Below, piece after piece: positions 29,376 to 38,746 of a DNA stretch of 64,000 nucleotides (its first letter is position 1; the number at the start of each line of letters is the position of its first letter). Location of the stretch: NCBI GenBank assembly GCA_043811375.1, contig JBDRNJ010000014.1, positions 32,001 to 96,000 of the forward strand. The letters run 5' to 3'. The notes below the pieces were generated by a model. It saw nothing but the letters and a program-made list of their open reading frames with translations, had not been told where the DNA came from and searched no databases. The DNA is from a bacterium (GTDB lineage Bacteria > Zixibacteria > MSB-5A5 > GN15 > FEB-12). The position numbers and the translations under genes were made by a program.

Positions 29376-30135
29376 TGGTCAGGTGTATTCACGGTTAATG
29401 GCAACATACAGGCGGCGCGGCGGCGGTTTTTTACTTTTGCTCGATCCCGACCGAGCGGGTGAGAATCCGTGTATAGCGCTGGCGGAGGCAGCCGAAGAAT
29501 GCGGTGTCGATGCCCTTCTGGTCGGCTCATCGTTTACGCTCAATACCAACTTCGCTTCGGCTGTGAAACAAATAAAAGCGGTCACACCTCTGCCGGTGAT
29601 CATATTTCCCGGATCGTTCGCCCAGGTAACCCCTGACGCCGACGCTATCCTGTTTACTTCGTTGATATCCGGGCGCAACCCCAACTACCTGATCGACGAG
29701 CAAGTCCGGGGAGCGCCGCTTGTCAAAAGGTTCGGTCTGGAAGTGATTCCGACCGGCTACATGCTGATAGAATCGGGGCGTCAGACATCGGTGCAGTATA
29801 TTTCCGGCACCCAGCCGATTCCCAGCGCCAAGCATGATATCGCCTGCGCTCACGCTCTGGCAGCCCAGTACCTGGGTATGAAACTTGTCTATTTAGAGGC
29901 CGGTTCCGGCGCTGACAGTCCGGTGCCGATCCGGATGGTTCACGCCGTAGCCGATTATGTCGACATTCCCCTGTTGATCGGAGGCGGTCTGACTTCGCCG
30001 GAGGAATGCGCCGCTCGAATTGATGCCGGGGCTTCGTTTGTCGTTGTCGGCAACATTCTGGAAGACGACCCCCGGTTTACCTACCTTACTGAGTTGACCG
30101 CCGCAACCCACCCATTGGAGACAGTTGCAGTATGA
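29368..30135 (+). CDS. Geranylgeranylglyceryl phosphate synthase-like (PcrB/GGGPS family, group II-like)
   Basis: LLDPD, IFPG, SLISGRNP, PTGYMLI, YLEAGSGA, GGGL. Confidence 0.88.
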   Translation: MADGQVYSRLMATYRRRGGGFLLLLDPDRAGENPCIALAEAAEECGVDALLVGSSFTLNTNFASAVKQIKAVTPLPVIIFPGSFAQVTPDADAILFTSLISGRNPNYLIDEQVRGAPLVKRFGLEVIPTGYMLIESGRQTSVQYISGTQPIPSAKHDIACAHALAAQYLGMKLVYLEAGSGADSPVPIRMVHAVADYVDIPLLIGGGLTSPEECAARIDAGASFVVVGNILEDDPRFTYLTELTAATHPLETVAV

Positions 30136-30719
30136 AACAGGAAGAGAAGCTCGACTACCTGAGAAAGCTGGCCGAGGAAGCGGCTATTCTGCGCAAGTCA
30201 CTTGTGGAGGAGTCAGGAATAGAAATCCTCGACCTGGCGGCTGTAATCTCAGGCGTTATAGGTTCCGGTGGAAAGCTGCTGATTGCCGGTAACGGCGGAT
30301 CGGCTGCCGACGCTTCTCATTTCGCCGGTGAGATGGTAGTCAGGCTTTCTGCCGAGAAACACCGGCAGGCTTTGCCGACTGTTGCTCTGTGTACGGACCC
30401 GGCCGTAATGACCGCGGCCGCCAACGACTTCGGCTTTGAAAACATCTTTGCCCGCCAGGTGGAAGCTATCGGTCAGAAGGGTGACATGCTGTTCGTCATT
30501 TCGACATCCGGTAATTCGGTCAATTTAATCAAAGCAGTGCACGTTGCGCGTGAACGGGGGCTGCTGACAGCCGGTCTGCTGGGCGGCAAGGGCGGCAAAC
30601 TGGTGTCCAAAGTCGACCGGGCACTGATTGTACCACACTTGTCAACGCAACGGATACAAGAAGAGCATATCTTCGTTATCCACCTGCTGGTGGAACTGGT
30701 CGAAAGCGACCTTCTTTAA
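30132..30719 (+). CDS. gmhA: Phosphoheptose isomerase
   Basis: GNGGSAADASHF, TAAANDFGF, STSGNS, RIQEEH. Confidence 0.93.
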   Translation: MKQEEKLDYLRKLAEEAAILRKSLVEESGIEILDLAAVISGVIGSGGKLLIAGNGGSAADASHFAGEMVVRLSAEKHRQALPTVALCTDPAVMTAAANDFGFENIFARQVEAIGQKGDMLFVISTSGNSVNLIKAVHVARERGLLTAGLLGGKGGKLVSKVDRALIVPHLSTQRIQEEHIFVIHLLVELVESDLL

Positions 30720-31987
30720 TGTCCGACCGCAGCCGCCGACATTTCCAATACGTCATCGTCATTTGTTTTGCCCTGTTTGTTTTCGGCTCTGCATTCTCCA
30801 TTGCGCTGGCCCAGGTTTCGTTGGGAGTGTCTTTAATCCTGTTAGTTATTCTGTCCATTCTGACCCGCATGAATCCAGTAACGACGATCCCCCGCTGGTT
30901 TTACATCTGGGCCGCTCTGTACGTGGCGTGGATGATGCTGTCGGCCGTGGCCGGTCCGACATCGCTGCAATCGATCCGTATTCTCAAGGAGGAATGGTTG
31001 TTTTTGGCCATACCGGCCGGGATCTTCCTGTTTCGAGAAGACCAATACCGCCGGTACCTGCTGACGGCTCTGGCTCTGGGAGTGGGGCTGGTTTCTCTTT
31101 ACGCTATTGTCCAGCATTTCTCGGGTGTGCACTGGTTCAGAACCCAACCGCTACTGGCGGCGTCCGACTACGGTTTCATTGTGACGGGGAACTTCTCGCA
31201 CTCGCTGACTTTCGGTAATTACTACGGCACCGCGACCCTGTTCCTGGCCGGGTATGCCATGGCCGGCAGGGCGGAATTGAGCCGGTGGCTGCGACAGTTG
31301 CTGATTCTGGTGTCACTGCTGGCTATGATCGCTACCATCCTGAGCTACAGTCGCGCCACCGTGGCCGGAATGGCTCTGGGGTTGATTTTGCTCGGTCTGA
31401 TAATGGGACGCAAGTACCTGGTCTATTGCACAGGTATTGTGGCCGTGATGGCGACCGCTATATTGATCACCATGCCCGGTCTGAGTTACCGCTTCAGTGA
31501 TAAAACGGTCCGGGACATGGGCGGCGTCTACGAGGGCGGGCGGGTCTTTATCTGGAAAAACTCACTCAAGGTGATAACCGACCATCCGATCCTGGGAGTC
31601 GGCCAGGGCAATTTCCAGGCCGCCTACGCCTCTCACCTGCGTGCCGACATCCCTGAGAAACGCAAACTAACTCATGCCCACAACGACCTGCTGAATATAG
31701 CCGCCATATCCGGCGTGCCGGGCGCGGTATTTTTCGCCGGTATGTGGCTGTCGGCCCTGGTCTGTTTTATTGAAGGAATCCGGCGCGGGCGCCGATCTGG
31801 TATCATTTCCGCCCCATCGGTGGCAGCATTGGTCGGTTCGGTGGTGTTTTTATCTACTTCTCTGTTTGAAGCCACCTTTGCCGACGAGGAAGTTCGGCAG
31901 TTATTGATGTTCATCTGGGCGGTGGGATTGTCAGCAACGTATAAAACAACAAATATGACCAACCGCCCGGCGATCAAAAACTCTTGA
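30719..31987 (+). CDS. O-antigen ligase family (Wzy_C) membrane protein
   Basis: Many TMs; SYSRA, GRVFIW...HPILGVGQGNF, HAHNDLL. Confidence 0.9.
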   Translation: MSDRSRRHFQYVIVICFALFVFGSAFSIALAQVSLGVSLILLVILSILTRMNPVTTIPRWFYIWAALYVAWMMLSAVAGPTSLQSIRILKEEWLFLAIPAGIFLFREDQYRRYLLTALALGVGLVSLYAIVQHFSGVHWFRTQPLLAASDYGFIVTGNFSHSLTFGNYYGTATLFLAGYAMAGRAELSRWLRQLLILVSLLAMIATILSYSRATVAGMALGLILLGLIMGRKYLVYCTGIVAVMATAILITMPGLSYRFSDKTVRDMGGVYEGGRVFIWKNSLKVITDHPILGVGQGNFQAAYASHLRADIPEKRKLTHAHNDLLNIAAISGVPGAVFFAGMWLSALVCFIEGIRRGRRSGIISAPSVAALVGSVVFLSTSLFEATFADEEVRQLLMFIWAVGLSATYKTTNMTNRPAIKNS

Positions 31988-32028
31988 CAAGTCAGATCAC
32001 ACGGCGTTAATAGCAGCGAGGATATTTG

Positions 32029-32283
32029 ATGACAGCAGCTACTAAGAAAACTAAGCGGTCCGATTCGAGTGAAAGCAAGTGGCCCTACGGTAAGAAGAAC
32101 TACCTGGTATTCGCCGCAGCCCTGGTGGTGATTATTCTCGGATATGTCACTCTGGGGCAGGGTTCGATTACGTTGGCGCCTATTCTGTTGGTGCTGGGCT
32201 ATTGCGTGTTGGTTCCGATTGCGCTACTTATCAAGGGACGCCCAGACAACAACGACAAGCCCGATCAACAGCCGGAAAATTAG
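32029..32283 (+). CDS. Small two-TM protein, DUF3098-like
   Basis: GKKNY...ITLAPILLVLGY. Confidence 0.75.
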   Translation: MTAATKKTKRSDSSESKWPYGKKNYLVFAAALVVIILGYVTLGQGSITLAPILLVLGYCVLVPIALLIKGRPDNNDKPDQQPEN

Positions 32284-32391
32284 TTCGCAGGGCGGCAGCC
32301 ATTTTTATAACACCGACTCACGGCGTAACAAAATGAATGTCACATTTCCCCGCGGAATCCATAACATCCCTCCATAACTGAGTCCGGAGAT

Positions 32392-34494
32392 TTATTTTGT
32401 AGCCTGGGTTACCGGTCCACGAGACTCATTTGAAACCTTGAACCTCGACACAATCTGCTGCAGGCCATCTGCGTTGCGGCTCAGTTCCTCGGCTGCAGCT
32501 GCCGACTGTGCTGCTCCTGCCGCCGACTCCTTGGCGGCCGATGAAACCTGCTCGATATTCTTGGAGATTTGCTCAGCCGCCACTGACTGTTCTTCCGAGG
32601 CGGTGGCAATCTGCTGGATCATATCCATGACCCTCTGGGAACCATTGACAACCTCATTCAGACTGCTTCCGGCCTTGTCCGCCAGTTCACGACCGGCATC
32701 GACTTCTTTAGTCCCCGTTTTCATCGAAGCAAAGGCTTCCTGGGTTCCCTGCTGGATGCCTTTGATCATATCGGTGATTTCACCGGTCGCCTTACCGGTC
32801 CTTTCGGCGAGCTTACGGACTTCATCGGCGACTACCGCAAAACCACGTCCCTGTTCTCCGGCCCGTGCCGCCTCAATGGCAGCATTCAGGGCAAGAAGGT
32901 TGGTCTGGTCAGCTATGTTATCGATCACACCGATGATTTCACCGATCTGGATGGCAGAAGTCGCCAGCTTGCTGATGTTTTCGGAGGATTCACGAACCAC
33001 GGCAGCGATTCTGTTCATTCCTTCAATGGTTTCCTGTACAACTTGACCGCCGGCGGTTGCCGTGTCGGAAGCGCCCTTGGCGCCGTCAGTAGCTTCGCCG
33101 GCATTTTTAGATGATTCGACGATGGTTGCCGTCATCTCCTCAACCGCCGTCGTGACCTGGGCTACCTGCTGTTCCTGGACCTGGGCTCCCCTGGAAACCT
33201 GTTCAGAAGAGGAAGAGATCTCCGTGGCAGCAGTCGTTACCTCGCCGGCGCTGCCCGCCAATTGAGAAACGATGGCGCTCAGGTTTGTGATCATCGTCTG
33301 GAATGAATTGCCCAGAACATCCTTTTTGGATTTCGGCTCCACGCGGATGGTGAGATCATTTCGAGCAATTGATTCCGCCGCATTAGCCAATTCCTTCATG
33401 TAGTCGATCAATCCTCGGAAGGCTTGAGCCAGACTTCCGATTTCATCTTTTGAATCAAGCTCAATGTTATGGTCAATGTCACCTGTAGCGATCTTTTGAG
33501 CTACGTAGGCTATGTTCGAGACAGGTCTGGAGATGCCTCGTGCAATCACAAACGCCACAAAGACACCTAAGAGAACGACACCTATGACAAACCCGAACAA
33601 CATGGTATTGGCAGACTGCTGGGCGGACTCCATTTTGCCCTTTTGAACCGCTCGCAGATCATCCAGGTTCTTAACGACTTCCCTGCCTGCATGTACTATG
33701 CGCTCTTCACTTTTCAATTGCTCTTTGTGAACGCTTCTATAGGTCTCGAACCCGCCTGTGTAATTACCTATAGCTGCAATGATATTATCTATCTGGTCCA
33801 GGTTTACTTTCTGCTTCATCTTGGCCCTGGTTGTCTGGCACTGTTCAACAAACTCATCGATTTCAGTCAACACAATCTCGGCGTACTCATCGTTCTTACG
33901 CAACATCCAGTTCTTCTCGGCCTGTCGACACTCCAGCATATACCTGTTCACGTGGTTGGCGTCCTCAGCCTTGCCCCAGCGATCCGCGAGTTTTTCGTGG
34001 GTCTCTTTCGCCAGGAACTCAGCCTCCATCTTATCCCTCTGGCTGATCCTTAGCGCCGCAGCCTCTTCATTTACTTTGCGAGCTGCTACCTCCATAGTCT
34101 CCATAGCGGCTGCAGCTTCCTCGTGAAACCTGACCCAGTCGTCAAACGCCTCCTCGTATTCCTTGGCATGGCCAAAGGCCGCCTCAATAGCAACTACATC
34201 AGCCTGATCCTGAAAACGCGCTTTTGTTTCATCAATTTGCGTGTACATCTTGCCGGCGGTTTCATGCACCTGCTCGACGTATTTCATATCGTCTCGTATG
34301 ATGTAGTTCTTTTCCTGTTGGCGGCAGTCCTTGGCCCACTTGATCAACCGGTTGGCGTCATCGGCATTGGTCACCATCTGCTGAAACGTGTTCAGTCCAT
34401 CCCAGCCCACGTAACCAATGGCCACAGCGAGGATCAAAACTACACCGAATCCAATGTATAGTTTCTTCGCGATTTTGAGATCTTTCCAACTCAT
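32392..34494 (-). CDS. Methyl-accepting chemotaxis protein (HBM-like sensor, HAMP, MA)
   Basis: Two TMs, [48 protein letters not shown]. Confidence 0.96.
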   Translation of the reverse strand: MSWKDLKIAKKLYIGFGVVLILAVAIGYVGWDGLNTFQQMVTNADDANRLIKWAKDCRQQEKNYIIRDDMKYVEQVHETAGKMYTQIDETKARFQDQADVVAIEAAFGHAKEYEEAFDDWVRFHEEAAAAMETMEVAARKVNEEAAALRISQRDKMEAEFLAKETHEKLADRWGKAEDANHVNRYMLECRQAEKNWMLRKNDEYAEIVLTEIDEFVEQCQTTRAKMKQKVNLDQIDNIIAAIGNYTGGFETYRSVHKEQLKSEERIVHAGREVVKNLDDLRAVQKGKMESAQQSANTMLFGFVIGVVLLGVFVAFVIARGISRPVSNIAYVAQKIATGDIDHNIELDSKDEIGSLAQAFRGLIDYMKELANAAESIARNDLTIRVEPKSKKDVLGNSFQTMITNLSAIVSQLAGSAGEVTTAATEISSSSEQVSRGAQVQEQQVAQVTTAVEEMTATIVESSKNAGEATDGAKGASDTATAGGQVVQETIEGMNRIAAVVRESSENISKLATSAIQIGEIIGVIDNIADQTNLLALNAAIEAARAGEQGRGFAVVADEVRKLAERTGKATGEITDMIKGIQQGTQEAFASMKTGTKEVDAGRELADKAGSSLNEVVNGSQRVMDMIQQIATASEEQSVAAEQISKNIEQVSSAAKESAAGAAQSAAAAEELSRNADGLQQIVSRFKVSNESRGPVTQATK

Positions 34495-34535
34495 GATAAT
34501 GCTCCTTCTGTATTGAATACTCTCATGACTGTTGC

Positions 34536-34879
34536 TTATCCTGTGCGTTTGTTCTTCTTCCCTACTAAAATGTGACCTTGAGCCTTCTTGAACAGACCTG
34601 CATCAGCGCGTAAAGTTTTGACGTCCAGCGCCGGTTGAGTAAGATGAATCCGGTCACCAGTCCCGGCGGTCCCCGCCGGCATTTGCTCTACCATCCGGCA
34701 CAATTCAGCCATATTCTGTTTTCGATCTTTGGATTCGCTTTCAACCATCTTTTTCAGAGTGGTCTCAAGCTTGTCAACCGCACCCATGAGTTGACCGAAA
34801 TCCTGGGCATCTACCGACTGTATCAGAGAAAAGCCGATCACAAGCGCCAGTGTGTTAAAAGTGTGACTGCTTTCTTTAT
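34536..34879 (-). pseudogene. Degraded N-terminal fragment of an exported coiled-coil protein
   Basis: Removing 2 nt at an AC repeat restores signal peptide (I)KKAVTLLTLALVIGFSLIQSVDA. Confidence 0.45.
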
Positions 34880-35509
34880 GCTGTCCCCATTGCATATATT
34901 AACGGTCGGTTGTGTATATGTGTCCTCTTTACGATACCTATCTCTTTGCCCTCACCGACAAAAGTCAGCATGCATATTTTGATAGATCGGACTGTCCAGA
35001 TTCCCTTTAACGAAAACCGCTGCGTAATAATTGAACAAACTGGCCGGGAACTCTGGAGAGGGAGCAGCTTAAGCAGGCCTCTTGTTCTTACGTCGTCACG
35101 AATCCTTTCGTAACGGCTACATTGGGAGGCGGCTGGGAAAGGATTCCCGACCACATATAAAACCTTACGATATTGCGATTCGTCAATTCCGCGTAGCGGG
35201 TGCCGAGGGCACATTCATTGAGTCCGCCACCGGCGATGCCACTCTTATTGGTGGGAGACAAGCCCCCACCTTACGCGACCCGAAATCGTCGCCTTTTGGG
35301 ACAGCTTCCGGACATCTACCGCCCACAGGAAACACTCCATCCCGGAATATGATTCTACCGAAGCAGACAACTACCGCGCAGGGGGTGGCCTTGTGTCACC
35401 CCGATTGTCGTGGCGATACCACCGGGTGGCCGGTGGCCGTGGATTATGCGTTCAAGTGTTTGATGCTAATAACGTTACGAGGTCTGCGGAAGGCACCGCA
35501 AGGGGACGG

Positions 35510-38011
35510 CTAATTACTCTGAGCTTGGTCCACCAGTTCGCGGTACTGATCAATCAGCCGTGTGGTTTCCTCGCCCGAACCGGACTCCGCAATAATGTTG
35601 AAGGCGGCCGTCAACCGGTCAGGCACCACCAGCACCCAGCCGTCGTTTTCAAAAATGCGCACCCCGTCGATAAGCTGACGGCGCTTGTCCTCGGAGCCGG
35701 AGATCAGTTTGCGCATGACGGTGCCCTTCTTGGCCCAGGGGCAGGGAACCGATATCATGCGCCGCTGCAAGTGCTCAAACCGGGCACGGATAGTGGCCGG
35801 TGAGCTCTGAGTCTGGGCCATCATTTCCAGCATTCGGACGGCAGCCAACATGGCATCGGCGCCCATCTGGAAACCGGGAAAGATAAACCCACCCCTGGTG
35901 CCGCCAACAAAATCTACATCACCTTCCCGTCGCACTTCCATCATGGCCAGATGATCGTTGACCACGCGTTTGACACTCACACCGTGTTGTTGGGCAATTT
36001 CCTCCACACCCATGGAAGCTCCCACCGGCACCGCGATTTTCTTCACCGCGTGCGTTCTCAGATAAAGATCGGTCACCACCAGAAGCAATAGCTGGCTGTC
36101 AATCGGTTTGCCCAGTTCGTCGACGACCGTCAACTTCTCGGCAGCCGGATTGAGCAGGAAACCGATGTCAGCCTTCAGCGACGTGACAATCGATGATAGT
36201 TGCTCGATAGCCAGCTTGGTTTCTTCCTGAGAACTGGACATTTTGCGCGGGTTGAGAGTGGCGTTCAGTTCAACGGCAGAAATGCCCAGACGGCTGAAAA
36301 GAGTGGGGAAAATCTGGCTGGAGGAGCCGTTGGAGTGATCGATAACGACTTTGAAATCGGCCTTCTTGATTGCTTCCATGTCGATCTCGTCAAGGAAGTC
36401 GCTGCGGTAATTGTCCAGCACGCTGGCGGGCATGTCCAGACGTCCGATCTGATCGAGGGAAGCGCGGGCAAAATCCTCGCCGAAGTACATCCGCTCCACT
36501 TTTTTAAGTTGTGCCGTCGGCATGTCCAGACCGGAACCGTCAAAGAATATCCAGTCAATCAGGCGGAAGTCCTCGGGGTTGTGGCGAACGTATATCCCCG
36601 CCGCGTAGCCACCCCTCTGGAGGGCGTAACGGACCACCGGTATGGGCAGATTTCCCAGGTCCGATACGTTGACGCCGGCCGCCAGCAAACCGGAGGTCAG
36701 GCTGCGTTTCAGCAGGCGCGAGGTGTCGGAAGCATCACGGCTGAGAACCACGGCGCTCCCCTGACCGAGGAACGCCCCAAAAGCGGCTCCGACCCGGACG
36801 GCCATTTCCGGAGTAAGCTCCGTCAGTGCCAGACCGCTTATCTTGGAATTGGTGAACAGTTCCCGGTTCCACTTTTCGCCCCAGACTACCGAAGACGAGA
36901 CGATGGCGCCGGCATCGACCGTCTTGCCGGGCCATATCTTGCAGTTGGCTTTGACAGTGGCGAAATTGCCGATGGCACAGTCATCGGATACGATAACAGC
37001 ATCCAGAAGCTGCACGTTTTCCCCCAGGCTGGCCCGGTTGCCCACTACGCTGGCGTGCATCACCGTTCCGGCGCCAATGGTGCCGTCACTCCACACTACC
37101 GAGTTTTCCAGATCGCACTTGCCGCCGACACGCGTACGATCACCGATGACACAGTTGTGCAATTTGACACCCGAGTCGAGGCACACGTTATCGCCCAAAA
37201 CCACCCTGCCGGTCAACTCCACTTCCTCACCAATCCGGACGCCGGTACCACGATAAACGATACCGCCGCTACTTTCAATCATATCCCGGCGCAATTGAAG
37301 GTTCAGAGTATCTTCAAAGAAATCGACATGGACGCGACGATACTCGTCAACATTGCCGACATCCTTCCAGTATCCGTCCATGATTTTGCCATACAGCCGT
37401 CCCTGGCGGGACAACATCAACGGGAACAGGTTCTGAGAAAAATCAAAGTTGGTTCGTGGAGGGATCAGGTTTATGGTGCTGCCCTGCAGGATATAGATAC
37501 CGGTATTGATGGTATCGGAGAAAGCTTCGCCCCAGGAAGGTTTTTCCAGAAAGCGCTTTATGCAACCGTCCTGATCGGTAATGACAATACCATAAGCCAG
37601 CGGGTTTTCCACCCGGGTCAATAGAATCGTTGCTTCCGATTGCTTCTCCTGGTGCCACCGGACAGCCTGGCTGAGATCGAAATCGGTAATGAGATCACCG
37701 GAGATGACCAGTACCGGCTCGTCTGTGCCGTCAACCGCATACCGGACCGCTCCGGCAGTGCCAAAATCCTCCTGTGGCTGCATATAGTCAATGGCGACAC
37801 CAAAAGCGCTGCCGTCCTTAAAGTAATCCTTTATAATCTCAGGCTGAAAGTAAAGTACCGCAGTGATATCTGTAATACCATGCTTTGCTAGTAAACAGAC
37901 TACGTGCTCCATAATGGGAACGTTGGCGACCGGCACCATCGGTTTGGGCAGGTTGATCGTGAGGGGCCGCAGGCGAGTACCGAAGCCTCCGGCCATTATG
38001 ATTGCCTTCAT
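35510..38011 (-). CDS. Mannose-1-phosphate guanylyltransferase-like NTP transferase fused to LbH and phosphomannomutase-like domains
   Basis: MAGGFGTRLRPLT, PKPMVPV, FLEKP, YWKDVG, hexapeptide repeats, PMM-like C-terminal half. Confidence 0.9.
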   Translation of the reverse strand: MKAIIMAGGFGTRLRPLTINLPKPMVPVANVPIMEHVVCLLAKHGITDITAVLYFQPEIIKDYFKDGSAFGVAIDYMQPQEDFGTAGAVRYAVDGTDEPVLVISGDLITDFDLSQAVRWHQEKQSEATILLTRVENPLAYGIVITDQDGCIKRFLEKPSWGEAFSDTINTGIYILQGSTINLIPPRTNFDFSQNLFPLMLSRQGRLYGKIMDGYWKDVGNVDEYRRVHVDFFEDTLNLQLRRDMIESSGGIVYRGTGVRIGEEVELTGRVVLGDNVCLDSGVKLHNCVIGDRTRVGGKCDLENSVVWSDGTIGAGTVMHASVVGNRASLGENVQLLDAVIVSDDCAIGNFATVKANCKIWPGKTVDAGAIVSSSVVWGEKWNRELFTNSKISGLALTELTPEMAVRVGAAFGAFLGQGSAVVLSRDASDTSRLLKRSLTSGLLAAGVNVSDLGNLPIPVVRYALQRGGYAAGIYVRHNPEDFRLIDWIFFDGSGLDMPTAQLKKVERMYFGEDFARASLDQIGRLDMPASVLDNYRSDFLDEIDMEAIKKADFKVVIDHSNGSSSQIFPTLFSRLGISAVELNATLNPRKMSSSQEETKLAIEQLSSIVTSLKADIGFLLNPAAEKLTVVDELGKPIDSQLLLLVVTDLYLRTHAVKKIAVPVGASMGVEEIAQQHGVSVKRVVNDHLAMMEVRREGDVDFVGGTRGGFIFPGFQMGADAMLAAVRMLEMMAQTQSSPATIRARFEHLQRRMISVPCPWAKKGTVMRKLISGSEDKRRQLIDGVRIFENDGWVLVVPDRLTAAFNIIAESGSGEETTRLIDQYRELVDQAQSN

Positions 38012-38703
38012 TCTCGCACTCCGTCAAGCGTATTCGTCGATTCGCTCTTCATGAACCCCAATCCTACCAGTTTCCGAGCAACATCATAAAAATCGTCATA
38101 CTGATGAAAAGCAATATTGCTGATGCGACAGTATTCTTCAAGGTCTTTTTTGGCAAATACAATATCGGCCTCGGTAACGGCACAGACATCGGAGTAGCCA
38201 TCACCCACAAACGCCACAACCTTGTCTGGTGACAGGTTTCGGCGGTACTCGTCTATTCGCTCCCCTTTGCAACTGCCACACCGCCGACAATGCCGGTTGT
38301 CATGGGGAAACTCGATTACCAGGCCGCCGTCTGTCAGCCTGCCCCGGTTGGCCGTCACTGAAAGCTGCTGTAATCCGAACCGTTTGAGGAGATGGTTGAT
38401 GTAGAAATCGAGACCATCGGAAATTACCTGCAGATCGATATCCTGTGCCCGACATAGCGTCACGAACTCGTCAAAGCCCCGGTTGAGTTCAAACTGTTTA
38501 AGAAAGGCATACACCTCTTCCTCCGATGCCCGCACCATAGCGGCTTCCTGCCTCAGGCAATCCCGGGTCGACAGCCGACCGGCTTTCCAGTCGGGAAGGA
38601 GCGCATCGTTCTTACCGCCGGAGAAATGGTGGAACAGATTGTAACCAACATCACGTCGGCTGATAGTGCCGTCAAAATCGCAGAATACAGCGGCCAGTGT
38701 CAT
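38008..38703 (-). CDS. MtnX-like HAD-IB phosphatase
   Basis: CDFDGTIS, VISDG, CGSCK, VGDGYSD, VFAK. Confidence 0.85.
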   Translation of the reverse strand: MTLAAVFCDFDGTISRRDVGYNLFHHFSGGKNDALLPDWKAGRLSTRDCLRQEAAMVRASEEEVYAFLKQFELNRGFDEFVTLCRAQDIDLQVISDGLDFYINHLLKRFGLQQLSVTANRGRLTDGGLVIEFPHDNRHCRRCGSCKGERIDEYRRNLSPDKVVAFVGDGYSDVCAVTEADIVFAKKDLEEYCRISNIAFHQYDDFYDVARKLVGLGFMKSESTNTLDGVRE

Positions 38704-38746
38704 AGTCAAACGGTGTCCCTGGTTATATCGGTGTGCCGGCGCGGCA

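Noticed and set aside
34896..35500. c-di-GMP riboswitch upstream of the MCP
   Set aside because: No GGCAAAC...GAAA...GACGCAAA-type core found on the minus strand
36200..37624. 474-aa plus-strand ORF (also 4536-5447, 38666-39421, 47445-48416)
   Set aside because: Antisense shadows of well-supported genes; no recognisable motifs
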